From: Polyangiaceae bacterium
GTDB taxonomy: Bacteria > Myxococcota_A > Polyangia > Polyangiales > Polyangiaceae
DNA: 64,000 nt
Assembly: GCA_044376115.1 (NCBI GenBank)
Contig: JBILLK010000013.1
Coordinates: 160,001 to 224,000, forward strand
Reading direction: 5' to 3'
The notes beneath the pieces were generated by a model. It ran no database searches and had not been told where the DNA came from. It worked only from the letters and a program-made list of their open reading frames with translations. Below, piece by piece: positions 30,712 to 40,095 of this stretch. How positions within the stretch are numbered: the first letter of the stretch is position 1; each line of letters starts with the position of its first letter. A program made the translations under genes and the position numbers.

Positions 30712-31497
30712 CTACGGAAAGATGACGAAGCCCACCGCCGAGATGATCAGGTTGAGGATGATGACGGCGAGCGACGAGTTGACGACGGCGCTCGTCGTGG
30801 CCCAGCCAACACCCTCAGAGCCGCCGTGGGTGGTGAGCCCGGAGTGCGCCGATACGACTGGGATGGCGGCTCCGTAGGCGATGCACTTGGTGAGGCCGAC
30901 CGTGAGGTCTCCGGCGTCCACCATCTGCAGGTTGAAGAAGGTCTGCGGCTTGAGGTCGAACATGGCGTAGCCAGTGAGCAGGCCGGCCAACATGGCCACC
31001 CCCGCCGACCACACGATCAGGATCAGCGTCATCACCACGCTGGCGATGAAGCGCGGCTTGACCAGAAAGTCGATCGGGTCGGCGGCGCTCATCTTGAGCG
31101 CGTCCACTTGCTCGGTCACGACCATCGAGCCAACCTCGGCGGCGATGCCGGCCCCCACGCGCGTTGCCAGCATCAACGAGCCGATCGAAGCCGCAAGGTC
31201 CCGCACGAGCAGCTCGAGGAAGGTCGCCCCCAACATCGAAAGATCAGGCAACACGCGCAGCGTCTGAATACCGGCTTGGTAGACCAGGATCATGCCGATG
31301 AAGCCCATCACCACGGTGAGGAAGAACAGGCTCTTGTTGCCGATCTCGTACATCTGCTTGGCCACCGCGCCCGGATCGGTGCGGCCGAAGGCGCAGTAGT
31401 AGAGAACACGGACGAAGATCGAATAGAGCTCGCGACCCGTGCGGAATAAGCCGAGCGCCCCGGCGCCGATGTTTGCGACGAAACCTCGTTTCTTCAT
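30712..31497 (-). CDS. mlaE: MlaE-family ABC permease
   Basis: RVGAGIAAEVGSMVVTEQVDALK...PRF; GGSEGVGWATTSAVV. Confidence 0.9.
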   Translation of the reverse strand: MKKRGFVANIGAGALGLFRTGRELYSIFVRVLYYCAFGRTDPGAVAKQMYEIGNKSLFFLTVVMGFIGMILVYQAGIQTLRVLPDLSMLGATFLELLVRDLAASIGSLMLATRVGAGIAAEVGSMVVTEQVDALKMSAADPIDFLVKPRFIASVVMTLILIVWSAGVAMLAGLLTGYAMFDLKPQTFFNLQMVDAGDLTVGLTKCIAYGAAIPVVSAHSGLTTHGGSEGVGWATTSAVVNSSLAVIILNLIISAVGFVIFP

Positions 31498-32297
31498 GGC
31501 AAGGTGAAAGAGACGAAGTAGTCGAGGATGAAGATGCCGGTCGCCGAGGCCACGACGGTAGCGTTGACGGCGCGACCGACGCCGGGTGCACCGCCGGTCA
31601 CGCTAAGGCCGAACTGGCAGCTCGCGAGGGCCATCACGATGCCGAACACGATGCTCTTGACGAGACCGTTGACCACGTCCGAGATGCCCAAGAGACCGCT
31701 GGTCAGGCCGTTGTAAAAGAGGCCGGGCTCAACGCCGAGCAGCCCCCAGCCCGCATACGCTGCGCCGATCAGCGCAAGTACGTCGGCGAAGACGGTGGCA
31801 AAGAACAGCGTCACCACGATCGCCACGGTTCGCGGAGCGACGAGAAAGCCGATCGGATCGATCGCGAGCACGCGCAAGGCGTCGATCTGCTCCGTCACGA
31901 CCATGGTGCCGAGCTCGGCCGTGTTGTTGGCGCCGACGCGACCGTTGATCATCAGCGCCGTGAGCAGCGGGGCGATCTCACGCAGCGTGCCGAAGCCTGC
32001 GCCCCAGCCGAGTAGACCATGCGCACCAAAGCGCAATACCAGCGGGGCGGCCTGCAACACCATGATCGCGCCGGTGAAGAGCGCGGTCACGATCACGATC
32101 GGAATGGAGCGCACACCCATTCGCTCGAGGTTGCGGAGCAGCTCGAGGCCGTCGAACCTGAAGGTGACCAGCCGGTGCAAGACCTTGAAGCCGAGGATGG
32201 TCATGCCTCCGGCGGTGGTGGCCGTGCTGAGTACGTTCTCCCCGAGGCTCGCCAAGAAGCCCGGGGATTTGTCGGTACTCTCGACAGCTCCACTCAT
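31494..32297 (-). CDS. mlaE: MlaE-family ABC permease
   Basis: REIAPLLTALMINGRVGANNTAELGTMVVTEQIDALR; GGAPGVGRAV. Confidence 0.9.
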   Translation of the reverse strand: MSGAVESTDKSPGFLASLGENVLSTATTAGGMTILGFKVLHRLVTFRFDGLELLRNLERMGVRSIPIVIVTALFTGAIMVLQAAPLVLRFGAHGLLGWGAGFGTLREIAPLLTALMINGRVGANNTAELGTMVVTEQIDALRVLAIDPIGFLVAPRTVAIVVTLFFATVFADVLALIGAAYAGWGLLGVEPGLFYNGLTSGLLGISDVVNGLVKSIVFGIVMALASCQFGLSVTGGAPGVGRAVNATVVASATGIFILDYFVSFTLP

Positions 32298-32330
32298 GGC
32301 GGCGCATCCTAACCGAAAGCCCAGCGTTTC

Positions 32331-33071
32331 CTATTCGAAAGGGCCCTCGGCACGCCCATTGATGAACTGATCGATCACCGGGTCGGTGCTGGCTTTGAAG
32401 TCGTCACGGCTGCCCAGCGCCCGGACGAAGCCCTGGTAGAGCATCACGATGCGATCAGCGATGGTGAAGATGCTGATCAGATCGTGGCTGACGACGATGC
32501 TGGTTACGCCCAAGGTGTCCGAGAGTTCGCGAATCAGCTTGTCCACGCGGCGAGCGCTGACCGGGTCCAAGCTGGTGGTCGGCTCATCGAACAGGACGTA
32601 CTTGGGATCGAGCGTGAGCGCCCGCGCGATAGCGACACGTTTGCGCATGCCGTCGCCGAGCTCCGGTGGGAAGCGATCGGCGAAGTCCGCCATGTGCACT
32701 TGCTTGAGGCGCTGACGCGCTTCGGAGAGGGCTTCCTTCATGCGCATGCCCTTGTGCTTGCGCAGCGGCAACGCCACGTTTTCGGCGCAGGTCATCGAAT
32801 CGAAGAGCGTGGAGTGCTGGAACACCATCGCGCACTTCTCACGGATTGGGTACATCTGCTCTTCGGTGAACTTGCTGATCTCTTCACCGTCGAGATGAAT
32901 CTCACCCTCGTCGGGGTACAGCAGGCCGACCAAGTGCTTGATCAGCACGCTCTTGCCTACGCCGGAGCCGCCGATGATGAAGAAGACCTCGCCGTCTTGA
33001 ACGTCGAAACTGACGCCTTTCAAGACAGTTTTGGGGCCGAACGACTTCTTGATGCCGCGAAAGGAGATCAC
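32331..33071 (-). CDS. mlaF: MlaF-family ABC ATPase
   Basis: Walker A GGSGVGKS, signature ELGDGMRKRVAIARAL, Walker B LFDEPT, VSHD. Confidence 0.9.
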   Translation of the reverse strand: MISFRGIKKSFGPKTVLKGVSFDVQDGEVFFIIGGSGVGKSVLIKHLVGLLYPDEGEIHLDGEEISKFTEEQMYPIREKCAMVFQHSTLFDSMTCAENVALPLRKHKGMRMKEALSEARQRLKQVHMADFADRFPPELGDGMRKRVAIARALTLDPKYVLFDEPTTSLDPVSARRVDKLIRELSDTLGVTSIVVSHDLISIFTIADRIVMLYQGFVRALGSRDDFKASTDPVIDQFINGRAEGPFE

Positions 33072-33167
33072 TTGGGCAAGGGCTCGCGCCGGAGCCGAGC
33101 GAAGGCGACGCTATCAGGCTGAAGGACGTCTCGCTATGGGCGAGACGAGCTGATACGTTCCCGCGCC

Positions 33168-34217
33168 GTGGCGAGCTCGCGGTCCATCGAGGTCAAGGTC
33201 GGCATTCTCATCCTCTCAGCGTTGGGACTGCTCGCAGCTTTCATCCTGGTGATGGGCGGCATCAACTTCCAGCCGACCTACTCGATCCTGGTCGACTTCG
33301 ACAATCCGGGCGGTGTGCAGACAGGCGCGCCGGTGAAGATCGCGGGCGTGAAGGTCGGCAAGATCGACGAGGTCAGCTTTCAGGGCGGTCGCATCGACGA
33401 AGCGACGGGGCGCCGGCTGCCGCTGGTGCGGATGAAGGTCAATTTGGAGAAGCGTTACCAGGAGAGCATCCGCGAGAACGCGCTCTTTTACGTAACTACG
33501 CAGGGCGTGCTCGGTGAGCAGTTCCTGGCGATCGAGCCCGGCTCCTCCGATGCACCGGTTTTGACCGAGAATTCCAAGCCAGTGCGCGGTCTCGACCCGC
33601 CGCGGCTCGATATGTTGCTCGCCGAGAGCTACGAACTTTTGCACGGTGCGGTCACGGCCGTACGCGAGAACAAGCAAGAGCTCAGCGAGACCTTCACTTC
33701 GCTGCGCACCACACTGAAGGCCACCAGCACGCTGCTCAACTCGAACCAAGACCGGCTCGACCGCATCCTCGCCAACGTGGAGAACGCCACCGTTGAAGGC
33801 AACGAGCTGCTCAAGAACGTCAACGACAAATACGTCGACAACCCGAAGATCGAGAAGATCATCGACAACGTAGACAGCGTCTCCAGCCGCGTCGCCGCAG
33901 AAACGCCCGCGCTCTTGGCCGACACCCGGGTCGTACTGGCCGACGGCAAGGTGGCGGTGGCCAACACCCGGCGCTTCACCGATTCGATCGCCAACGAGGA
34001 GCAGGCTGCCAAAATCAAGAAGGTGGTCGACGACACCTCGACCTTGCTCTCCAAGGCCAACGCCACCGCCACCGACGCTCAGTACATGGTGTCCCAGATG
34101 CGTAAAGGGCGCGGCTCGGTGGGGGCGCTGCTGATGGATGAGCAGCTGTTCGACGACCTTCAGGAGATGGTCCGGGACCTGAAACACAACCCGTGGAAGT
34201 TCTTCTGGCGGGAGTAG
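33168..34217 (+). CDS. mlaD: MlaD/MCE-domain protein
   Basis: EVKVG N-terminal TM; GVQTGAPVKIAGVKVGKI; TQGVLGEQFLAIEPG; helical extension. Confidence 0.9.
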   Translation: MASSRSIEVKVGILILSALGLLAAFILVMGGINFQPTYSILVDFDNPGGVQTGAPVKIAGVKVGKIDEVSFQGGRIDEATGRRLPLVRMKVNLEKRYQESIRENALFYVTTQGVLGEQFLAIEPGSSDAPVLTENSKPVRGLDPPRLDMLLAESYELLHGAVTAVRENKQELSETFTSLRTTLKATSTLLNSNQDRLDRILANVENATVEGNELLKNVNDKYVDNPKIEKIIDNVDSVSSRVAAETPALLADTRVVLADGKVAVANTRRFTDSIANEEQAAKIKKVVDDTSTLLSKANATATDAQYMVSQMRKGRGSVGALLMDEQLFDDLQEMVRDLKHNPWKFFWRE

Positions 34218-34267
34218 CCCACGCCGCTCTCGACAATCGGCGGCTGGCTCTGTAGCGTCGCGGCCCC

Positions 34268-34483
34268 ATGGCGAAGACGATCAAGGCGCACATCACGGGC
34301 ACTGTCTGGAAGATCGAAGTCAAAGTCGGCGACACCGTCGACGAGGGCACAGTGGTCGCGATTCTCGAGTCGATGAAGATGGAAATGCCCGTCGAAAGCG
34401 AGGATTCCGGCACCGTGACCGCAATTCACGTGACCGAAGGCCAGCCAATCAACGAGGGCGTGGCGATCTGCACGCTGGATTGA
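34268..34483 (+). CDS. Stand-alone biotin/lipoyl carrier protein
   Basis: LESMKME biotinylation motif; 71 aa. Confidence 0.88.
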   Translation: MAKTIKAHITGTVWKIEVKVGDTVDEGTVVAILESMKMEMPVESEDSGTVTAIHVTEGQPINEGVAICTLD

Positions 34484-34606
34484 TCGCGTCGGAGTGGGGC
34501 TCGCGAGGCAAACAACGTTTGCATCCCTCCACTCTTTATTGGAATATTCCATGGTCGCTGCGCCTGCGGCGGAGCAGCACAAAAACTCGGTAAGGAGCCT
34601 GTCACG

Positions 34607-35386
34607 ATGTCGGAGCAGAAGGAAAGCTCGGTCCTGTTCTCTCTCAAAGAACTGATGAACCTCGAAGAGGATCGCATCAAGACCGAGGAGGACGCCAAAG
34701 CCCAGCAGGTGCGTGCTGCAGAAGAAGCCCGCGCGGCTGCAGAGCGCGCCGCGATTCAAGCTGAAGAGGCTCGCATCGCGGCAGAGGCCGAGCGTCGGCG
34801 CCTCGATGAGCAGCGTCAGCGTGAAGAGGCCGCCCGGCTCGAGGCCATTCGGCAGGCCGAGGTGGAGAAGGCTCGCTTGGAGGCCGAGGGCCAGACTCGC
34901 ATGGCAGCTCTCGCGGCCCAGCAGCAGCATGAGCGTCAGCTCGTGACGATCAAGTCGGACCAAAGCAAGAAGACGTTGCGCAACGCGCTCATCGGCGTGG
35001 TCGTCGCCGTGTTGGCGATCGGCACTGTGTCCGGCGTGCTCGTCTACAACAAGGCCCAAGAGACGGCGAAGAAGGAAGCTGCGCTGCGAGCTGAAGCAGA
35101 CGCGACCAAGGCTGAGCTCGACAAGTTGAACTCCGACCTCAAGGCGAAGGCCCAGGCCGTCAAGGATCTCGAGGACGCCTTCGGTAAAGAGAAGGACGAG
35201 CGCAAGAAGGCTGAACTGCAAGCGGCGCTGAACCAAGCGAAGGCCGCTGAAGAAGAGACCAAGACGAAGATCACGAAGGTCGGCGGTCCCGCCGCCGGTG
35301 GTCCCGCCGCGGGTGGTGATAAGCCGCCGGCCGCCAAGCCGGTTTGCACCTGCAAGTCGACGGATCCGCTCTGCGATTGTCTCTGA
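34607..35386 (+). CDS. Coiled-coil single-pass membrane protein with C-terminal Cys motif
   Basis: TAAGGAG SD; ESSVLFSLKELM N-terminus, E/A/R coiled coil, one TM, second coil, CTCKSTDPLCDCL. Confidence 0.75.
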   Translation: MSEQKESSVLFSLKELMNLEEDRIKTEEDAKAQQVRAAEEARAAAERAAIQAEEARIAAEAERRRLDEQRQREEAARLEAIRQAEVEKARLEAEGQTRMAALAAQQQHERQLVTIKSDQSKKTLRNALIGVVVAVLAIGTVSGVLVYNKAQETAKKEAALRAEADATKAELDKLNSDLKAKAQAVKDLEDAFGKEKDERKKAELQAALNQAKAAEEETKTKITKVGGPAAGGPAAGGDKPPAAKPVCTCKSTDPLCDCL

Positions 35387-35389
35387 TCT

Positions 35390-36100
35390 GTGCTGGATCA
35401 GGCTCGATCAAGGCTCGCTGTAGCACTTGACCTCCCCACGCCCGACGAGGCTCTACGCCTCGCTCGGGCGGTTGAGCTTCATGTGGGCGTAGCCAAAGTT
35501 GGTTTGGAGCTTTTCATCGCTGCAGGTCCGAGCTTCGTGCAGGAGCTAGCGCGCGGTGAGCAGCAGGTCTTTCTGGATCTCAAGCTGCACGACATCCCGG
35601 AGACGGTCGGCCGAGCAGTCGGGCGGGCCTGCGATCTAGGGGTCTCGTACTTGACGATCCACGCTGGTGGTGGGCGAGCGATGATGGAAGCCGCAGCGAA
35701 AGCCGCAGCGGGCTCTTCCTTGAGGTTGCTGGCGGTGACGGTACTCACCTCCCTCGGAGAGGATGGGCTGCACGAGCTTGGGGTCACGGGCTCGGTGGAA
35801 GCGCACGTGCTCACGTTGGCGCGGTTGGCTGCCGAGAGCGGCATCAACGGCTTGGTGGCATCGCCTCTCGAGCTGACCGCACTCAAAGCGGCGCTGCCGC
35901 AGAGCTTTGTGGTGACGCCCGGCATCCGGCCGCAAGGCGGAACGGTGGCCCGCGAAGACCAAACGCGCATCGCCACGCCGGCCTCGGCGATCCGAGCCGG
36001 GGCATCAATGTTGGTGGTGGGCAGGCCGTTGCGCGATGCACCGGATCGAGCCAGCGCTGCACAGCTACTAAACCACGAAGTGACGGGAGCGATGGCTTGA
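35390..36100 (+). CDS. pyrF: Orotidine-5'-phosphate decarboxylase
   Basis: VALD, KVGLELF, FLDLKLHDIPETV, VTPGIRP, DQTR, VVGRP. Confidence 0.96.
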   Translation: MLDQARSRLAVALDLPTPDEALRLARAVELHVGVAKVGLELFIAAGPSFVQELARGEQQVFLDLKLHDIPETVGRAVGRACDLGVSYLTIHAGGGRAMMEAAAKAAAGSSLRLLAVTVLTSLGEDGLHELGVTGSVEAHVLTLARLAAESGINGLVASPLELTALKAALPQSFVVTPGIRPQGGTVAREDQTRIATPASAIRAGASMLVVGRPLRDAPDRASAAQLLNHEVTGAMA

Positions 36101-36843
36101 GTCGAACAGTGTTTGGGATTCAACCCGTGCGCGAGGCGCTGCGGGTGCATGGGGCGAAAGTAACGTCACTCATCGTGCAAGAGGGGAGCGACAATCCCAA
36201 GCTCGCGAGCCTGTTGAAGCTGGCTGAATCGGTGGGCGTCACGATCGCGCCGGCCTCGCGCAGCGAGCTCGATCGGCGCACCAAGGGTGGAATGCACCAG
36301 GGCGCCCTCGCGGAAGCGCCGGAGCTCAAGCTTTGGGAGATCGATCATTTGACGGCACGCTTGGCCAAGACCGATGAAGCGCCGCCGCTGATCACCCTGC
36401 TCGACGGCGTGATGGACCCGATGAACTTCGGTGCGGTGGTCCGTTCGGCGGTGGCCTTGGGTGCAGGGTGGATCGTATTTCCGGAGCATGGAGCAGCACC
36501 GCTTACGGCGGCGACCTTCCGTGCCTCGGCCGGTGCGATCGAACATGCGACGTTGTTCCGTGTGCCCTCGCTGCTCCCGGCGATGCACGCCATCCACGAC
36601 GCCGGCGGAACCACCGTCCTGCTCGAGGGCTCAGCCGAGCAGACGCTCGAATCGATCGATCTGACGGGTATCGTCGGGCTGATCGTTGGGGCGGAAGACA
36701 AAGGCGCCCGCCCAGCCGTGCGCAAAGCCGCCAGCGTGAAGGCGCGCCTTCCGATGTCGGGAGCTGTTCAGTCGCTCAACGCGTCGGTGGCGGCCGCGTT
36801 GGCCCACTATGAAGTCGGGCGCCAACGGCGAAGTGCGAAGTAA
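36097..36843 (+). CDS. rlmB: TrmH/SpoU-family RNA methyltransferase (23S rRNA Gm2251, RlmB-like)
   Basis: FGIQPVREAL, HQG, LDGVMDPMNFGAVVRSA, VGAEDKG, LPMSGAVQSLNASVA. Confidence 0.8.
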   Translation: MSRTVFGIQPVREALRVHGAKVTSLIVQEGSDNPKLASLLKLAESVGVTIAPASRSELDRRTKGGMHQGALAEAPELKLWEIDHLTARLAKTDEAPPLITLLDGVMDPMNFGAVVRSAVALGAGWIVFPEHGAAPLTAATFRASAGAIEHATLFRVPSLLPAMHAIHDAGGTTVLLEGSAEQTLESIDLTGIVGLIVGAEDKGARPAVRKAASVKARLPMSGAVQSLNASVAAALAHYEVGRQRRSAK

Positions 36844-37004
36844 TTACAATCACTTGGAGACCAAGCTCAAAGCAACGATTGAGCTCGTCTTCGACCCGGC
36901 TCTAATTACAATTGCCCACATGAACGCTCGCTGCCTACTTTGCAGCTAAAATCCATTGAATGGAATGGCTGTTCGCTCCAAGCGCATCGCCAAATGCGTT
37001 GCAA

Positions 37005-37017
37005 TATCAAAACATTA
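37005..37017 (+). promoter_or_regulatory. IHF-consensus-like site in an AT-rich intergenic region
   Basis: TATCAAAACATTA matches WATCAANNNNTTR exactly. Confidence 0.4.
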
Positions 37018-37086
37018 GAACCCAGAGATCATTACGGCTGTGAGGGCTTGCCGTTCGCTTCATGCACTGGGCGAGGATTCTGAGGA

Positions 37087-38217
37087 TCAGCTGTTTCTGC
37101 GCAAAACGAGGCGAAAGCTCTGGAGAGCAAGTGTGCAGTCCTCGAGCGTGGTTCCCTCCCCCAATGAGATGCGCACCGCCGCCCTAGCCCGCTCGCGACC
37201 GAAGCTGTGTGTGATCACGGGAGACGGTTCAGCCGTGCCGGCGCTGCAAGCCGATCCAGAGGAGACATGAACGTCCTCCAGATCGAGGGCTGCACATAGC
37301 TCGGGACCTTTCCAACCAGCAAAAGAAAGGTTCAGAACGTGAGGGGCCCGCGCGCCGCTACCAGCGTTGAGTTCACACTCGGCCAGTTCACGAAGTGCTT
37401 CGTGAAGCAGGTCGCGCAAGCGCGCCACAGCGGCGTAACGCTCGACCATCGCGGGCGCCCGGTGAAGCGCCGCCGTGAAGCCTGCACACGCGATCGGGTC
37501 TTGCGTGCCTGGCCGAACGCCGCGCTCTTGGGCTCCACCGCCGAACACCGGAGCGAGCTTGAGACCGCACTTCACCGCTAACGCCCCCACGCCTTTGGGG
37601 CCGCGCAGCTTGTGCGCCGCGACCGTAATCAGGTCGATGCCGTGAAGCAGCTCAGTGGGGAGGCGCCCGAGGTGTTGCACCGCATCGCAGTGGAGCAGCA
37701 CGCCGCGAGCATCGCAAATCCGACGCGCCTCTTGAATCGGCTGCAGCGCACCGGTCTCGTGATTGACCGCCTGCAGCGAGACCAGCTTCACCGCCGCACC
37801 GTGGGTCGCGAGAGCCTGCTCCAGCTCGGCCACGTCGATGGCGCCCGACTCGCCAGCCGAGAGCCGCACCACCGTGACTCCGCGCGCCTCCAATCGCTCG
37901 GCCGTGCGCAAGATGCTCGGATGCTCAATCGCCGAGGTGATCAGCACGGAGCGCTCGGCGAGCACGCTCTCGGTGAAGAGACCGAGCAGGGCGAGGTTGT
38001 TCGCCTCGGTGCCACCGCCGGTCAGAATGACGTCGCGCGGGTCAAAGCCCAGGAGCAGGCCGACGGCCTCGCGCGCACTCTCGATGTAGCGCCGGGCGGC
38101 CCGACCAGCGCCGTGCACGCTGGCCGGGTTGGCCCAACCGTCGCGAGCTGCGGCCGACATCGCCGAAAGAACTTCGTCGGCCGGCGGTGTTGTTGCGTTC
38201 CAGTCTAGATAGACCAC
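37087..38217 (-). CDS. Cysteine desulfurase (IscS/NifS class I)
   Basis: YLDWNATTP, ANPASVH, NHETG, HCDAVQ, AHKLRGPKGVG, SSGSACSAG. Confidence 0.92.
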   Translation of the reverse strand: MVYLDWNATTPPADEVLSAMSAAARDGWANPASVHGAGRAARRYIESAREAVGLLLGFDPRDVILTGGGTEANNLALLGLFTESVLAERSVLITSAIEHPSILRTAERLEARGVTVVRLSAGESGAIDVAELEQALATHGAAVKLVSLQAVNHETGALQPIQEARRICDARGVLLHCDAVQHLGRLPTELLHGIDLITVAAHKLRGPKGVGALAVKCGLKLAPVFGGGAQERGVRPGTQDPIACAGFTAALHRAPAMVERYAAVARLRDLLHEALRELAECELNAGSGARAPHVLNLSFAGWKGPELCAALDLEDVHVSSGSACSAGTAEPSPVITHSFGRERARAAVRISLGEGTTLEDCTLALQSFRLVLRRNS

Positions 38218-38241
38218 GCAAGGCTTTGTAGCATGCTGACC

Positions 38242-39222
38242 ATGAAGCCCACCCGCCTCGCCGCATGCTTATTCGCGGCGACGCTACCTCAACTCGGTTG
38301 CCAGTTCATTTTCGGCATCAACGAGTACGAGACCGGCGAGGGTGCGGGCGCTGCAAACCCGAGCAGCAGCGGCGGGAACGCAGGAGAGAACGCCGGGGGC
38401 AGCGGTGGCCGCGGTGGCAACGGTCCAGGGCCGGGAAGCGGTGGGGGTGGAGAAGGCGGCAGCGGTGGATCATGCAACTGTACCGACGGAGATGGCTGGA
38501 CGTACGTGTCCGCGCCCCTGATCGCGGACCTCGGCTCGGAGCCCACCTCGTGCGGTGGAAAGCCGCGACTCGACCTTTACTTTGGCGAGCCGGAGTTGAC
38601 GTGTTCCGCCTGCTCAGCCGTGATCGACTCGGGCAGCTGCAGCTCCACGCTCACGTGCTTCGACGACAATAATTCATGCACTGGTAATCAACCCGCACCC
38701 AGCTTGAGCACCAGTTGCCAACTGATAATCTCGGGCATCGACGTCGTTGATAGCTGCTCGGTGAGTCCACCTACCAGTGCCGGATGCAACCCAGGCACAA
38801 GCTCACTGCAAGGCACGGCTGAGCTTCGCCAAGTGCTCTCCTTCTGTCAGGGTTGCAGCGAAGACTGCGCGGCAAACGTCTGCGCCGTTCATGACGAGGC
38901 TGAAACCGTCTGCCCGGAGGGGCTCACTGAAGCCTACCTCTTGCGAAGCGCAAGCGCAGGCACCGCCACTTGCGACGAGTGCACTGCCAACCCTTCGTGC
39001 TTACCGGCGTTCTATCTCGCGGCGCCTTTTGGCGAGTGTGACATCCCTGCTTCGGGGTGCGTCACGAACGTCTCAGGCGCGAAAAAGGCGGAAGTCTCGA
39101 CCAACTGTAACTCCAATCACCCCGAGCCCTACGCTCCGACCTTCCAGCCTGGCGGAACCCAGCGGACGGTATGCTGCAGCGCGAGCCTCGACCCGGCGCT
39201 CGACGCCTATCGTTTGCCTTGA
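38242..39222 (+). CDS. Cys-rich hypothetical lipoprotein with Gly-rich linker
   Basis: QLGC lipobox-like site, Gly/Ser linker, many Cys; TAGCAT hexamer 7 nt before ATG. Confidence 0.7.
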   Translation: MKPTRLAACLFAATLPQLGCQFIFGINEYETGEGAGAANPSSSGGNAGENAGGSGGRGGNGPGPGSGGGGEGGSGGSCNCTDGDGWTYVSAPLIADLGSEPTSCGGKPRLDLYFGEPELTCSACSAVIDSGSCSSTLTCFDDNNSCTGNQPAPSLSTSCQLIISGIDVVDSCSVSPPTSAGCNPGTSSLQGTAELRQVLSFCQGCSEDCAANVCAVHDEAETVCPEGLTEAYLLRSASAGTATCDECTANPSCLPAFYLAAPFGECDIPASGCVTNVSGAKKAEVSTNCNSNHPEPYAPTFQPGGTQRTVCCSASLDPALDAYRLP

Positions 39223-39235
39223 GAGGATCCCACGC

Positions 39236-39835
39236 ATGACGACGAAGTACGCGGTGCTACTGCTTGCGGCCTGCTCATCCAACGTTGGGGAGCTGTTCGG
39301 TGAGGCCGGCGGTGGCTCGGCCGGCAGCCCAGCGGCGGGCGGCGCGACGAGCACTGGTTCGGGCGCAAACACGAGCAACGGCGCGGGTGGTGAGGGAGCC
39401 GGACCGAGCTCCGGGTCGGGTGCCGGGTCGAGTGGAACCGGCGCAGCGACCGCCGCTGGCGGCGCTGCGGGCGCGAGCGGGACAGGTGGAGCCCCCAACG
39501 GAGGAGGCGGCAGCGCGAACACGGGCGGCGCGGGCGGCTCGCCCAACAACCCCTGCCTCACCGGCTTCGACTGTGACTCGGGAATTTGCGTCAACCAACA
39601 ATGCCAAGACGGCTCGCTCGGCTCGCCTTGTTTGACCGGCTTCGATTGTGAATCAGAGACGTGCGTCAACCAGCAATGCCAAGACGGCTCGCTCGGGTCA
39701 CCGTGCCTCAGCTTCTTCGACTGCCAGTCGGAGATCTGCGTCAACCAGCAGTGCCAAGACGGCCTACCCGGATCACCGTGTCTGAGCGACTTCGACTGCG
39801 AGTCGGAGGATTGCAACGGCAACGTGTGTAACTGA
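39236..39835 (+). CDS. Lipoprotein with Gly/Ser linker and four 25-aa Cys-rich repeats
   Basis: GAGGA SD; LLAAC lipobox; repeats of PCLxxFDCxSxxCVNQQCQDGxxGS. Confidence 0.78.
   Translation: MTTKYAVLLLAACSSNVGELFGEAGGGSAGSPAAGGATSTGSGANTSNGAGGEGAGPSSGSGAGSSGTGAATAAGGAAGASGTGGAPNGGGGSANTGGAGGSPNNPCLTGFDCDSGICVNQQCQDGSLGSPCLTGFDCESETCVNQQCQDGSLGSPCLSFFDCQSEICVNQQCQDGLPGSPCLSDFDCESEDCNGNVCN
39551..39832 (+). repeat. 75-bp tandem coding repeat (about 3.8 copies)
   Basis: Units start at 39551, 39626, 39701, 39776; three share the core TGCGTCAACCARCARTGCCAAGACGGC. Confidence 0.85.
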
Positions 39836-40095
39836 GGCGGGCCTGCTGGGGGTGGCTCAGGGGAGCATCGACTGATTGGCTGGCGCAAACTGGTCCTAGG
39901 GGTCGCGAGGCGATCGCGTTGCTGTGTCATGTTTGTTTGGAGCGCTGCTCGACCACGCCGACAGGCGGCAAGCTTCGCCAGCGCGGTCGCTCTGCTGACC
40001 AACGCATCCCTGGAAGAAAGAGTGGCTGGAGGCACGTCGTGGGCACGCTCGACGCTCGTGAACTCGGCGGCGGCCAAGACAAGAGCAGGCGTCTA

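Noticed and set aside
39551..39832. Possible CRISPR-like repeat array
   Set aside because: Repeats are in-frame coding units of 75 bp without unique spacers, and no cas genes are present
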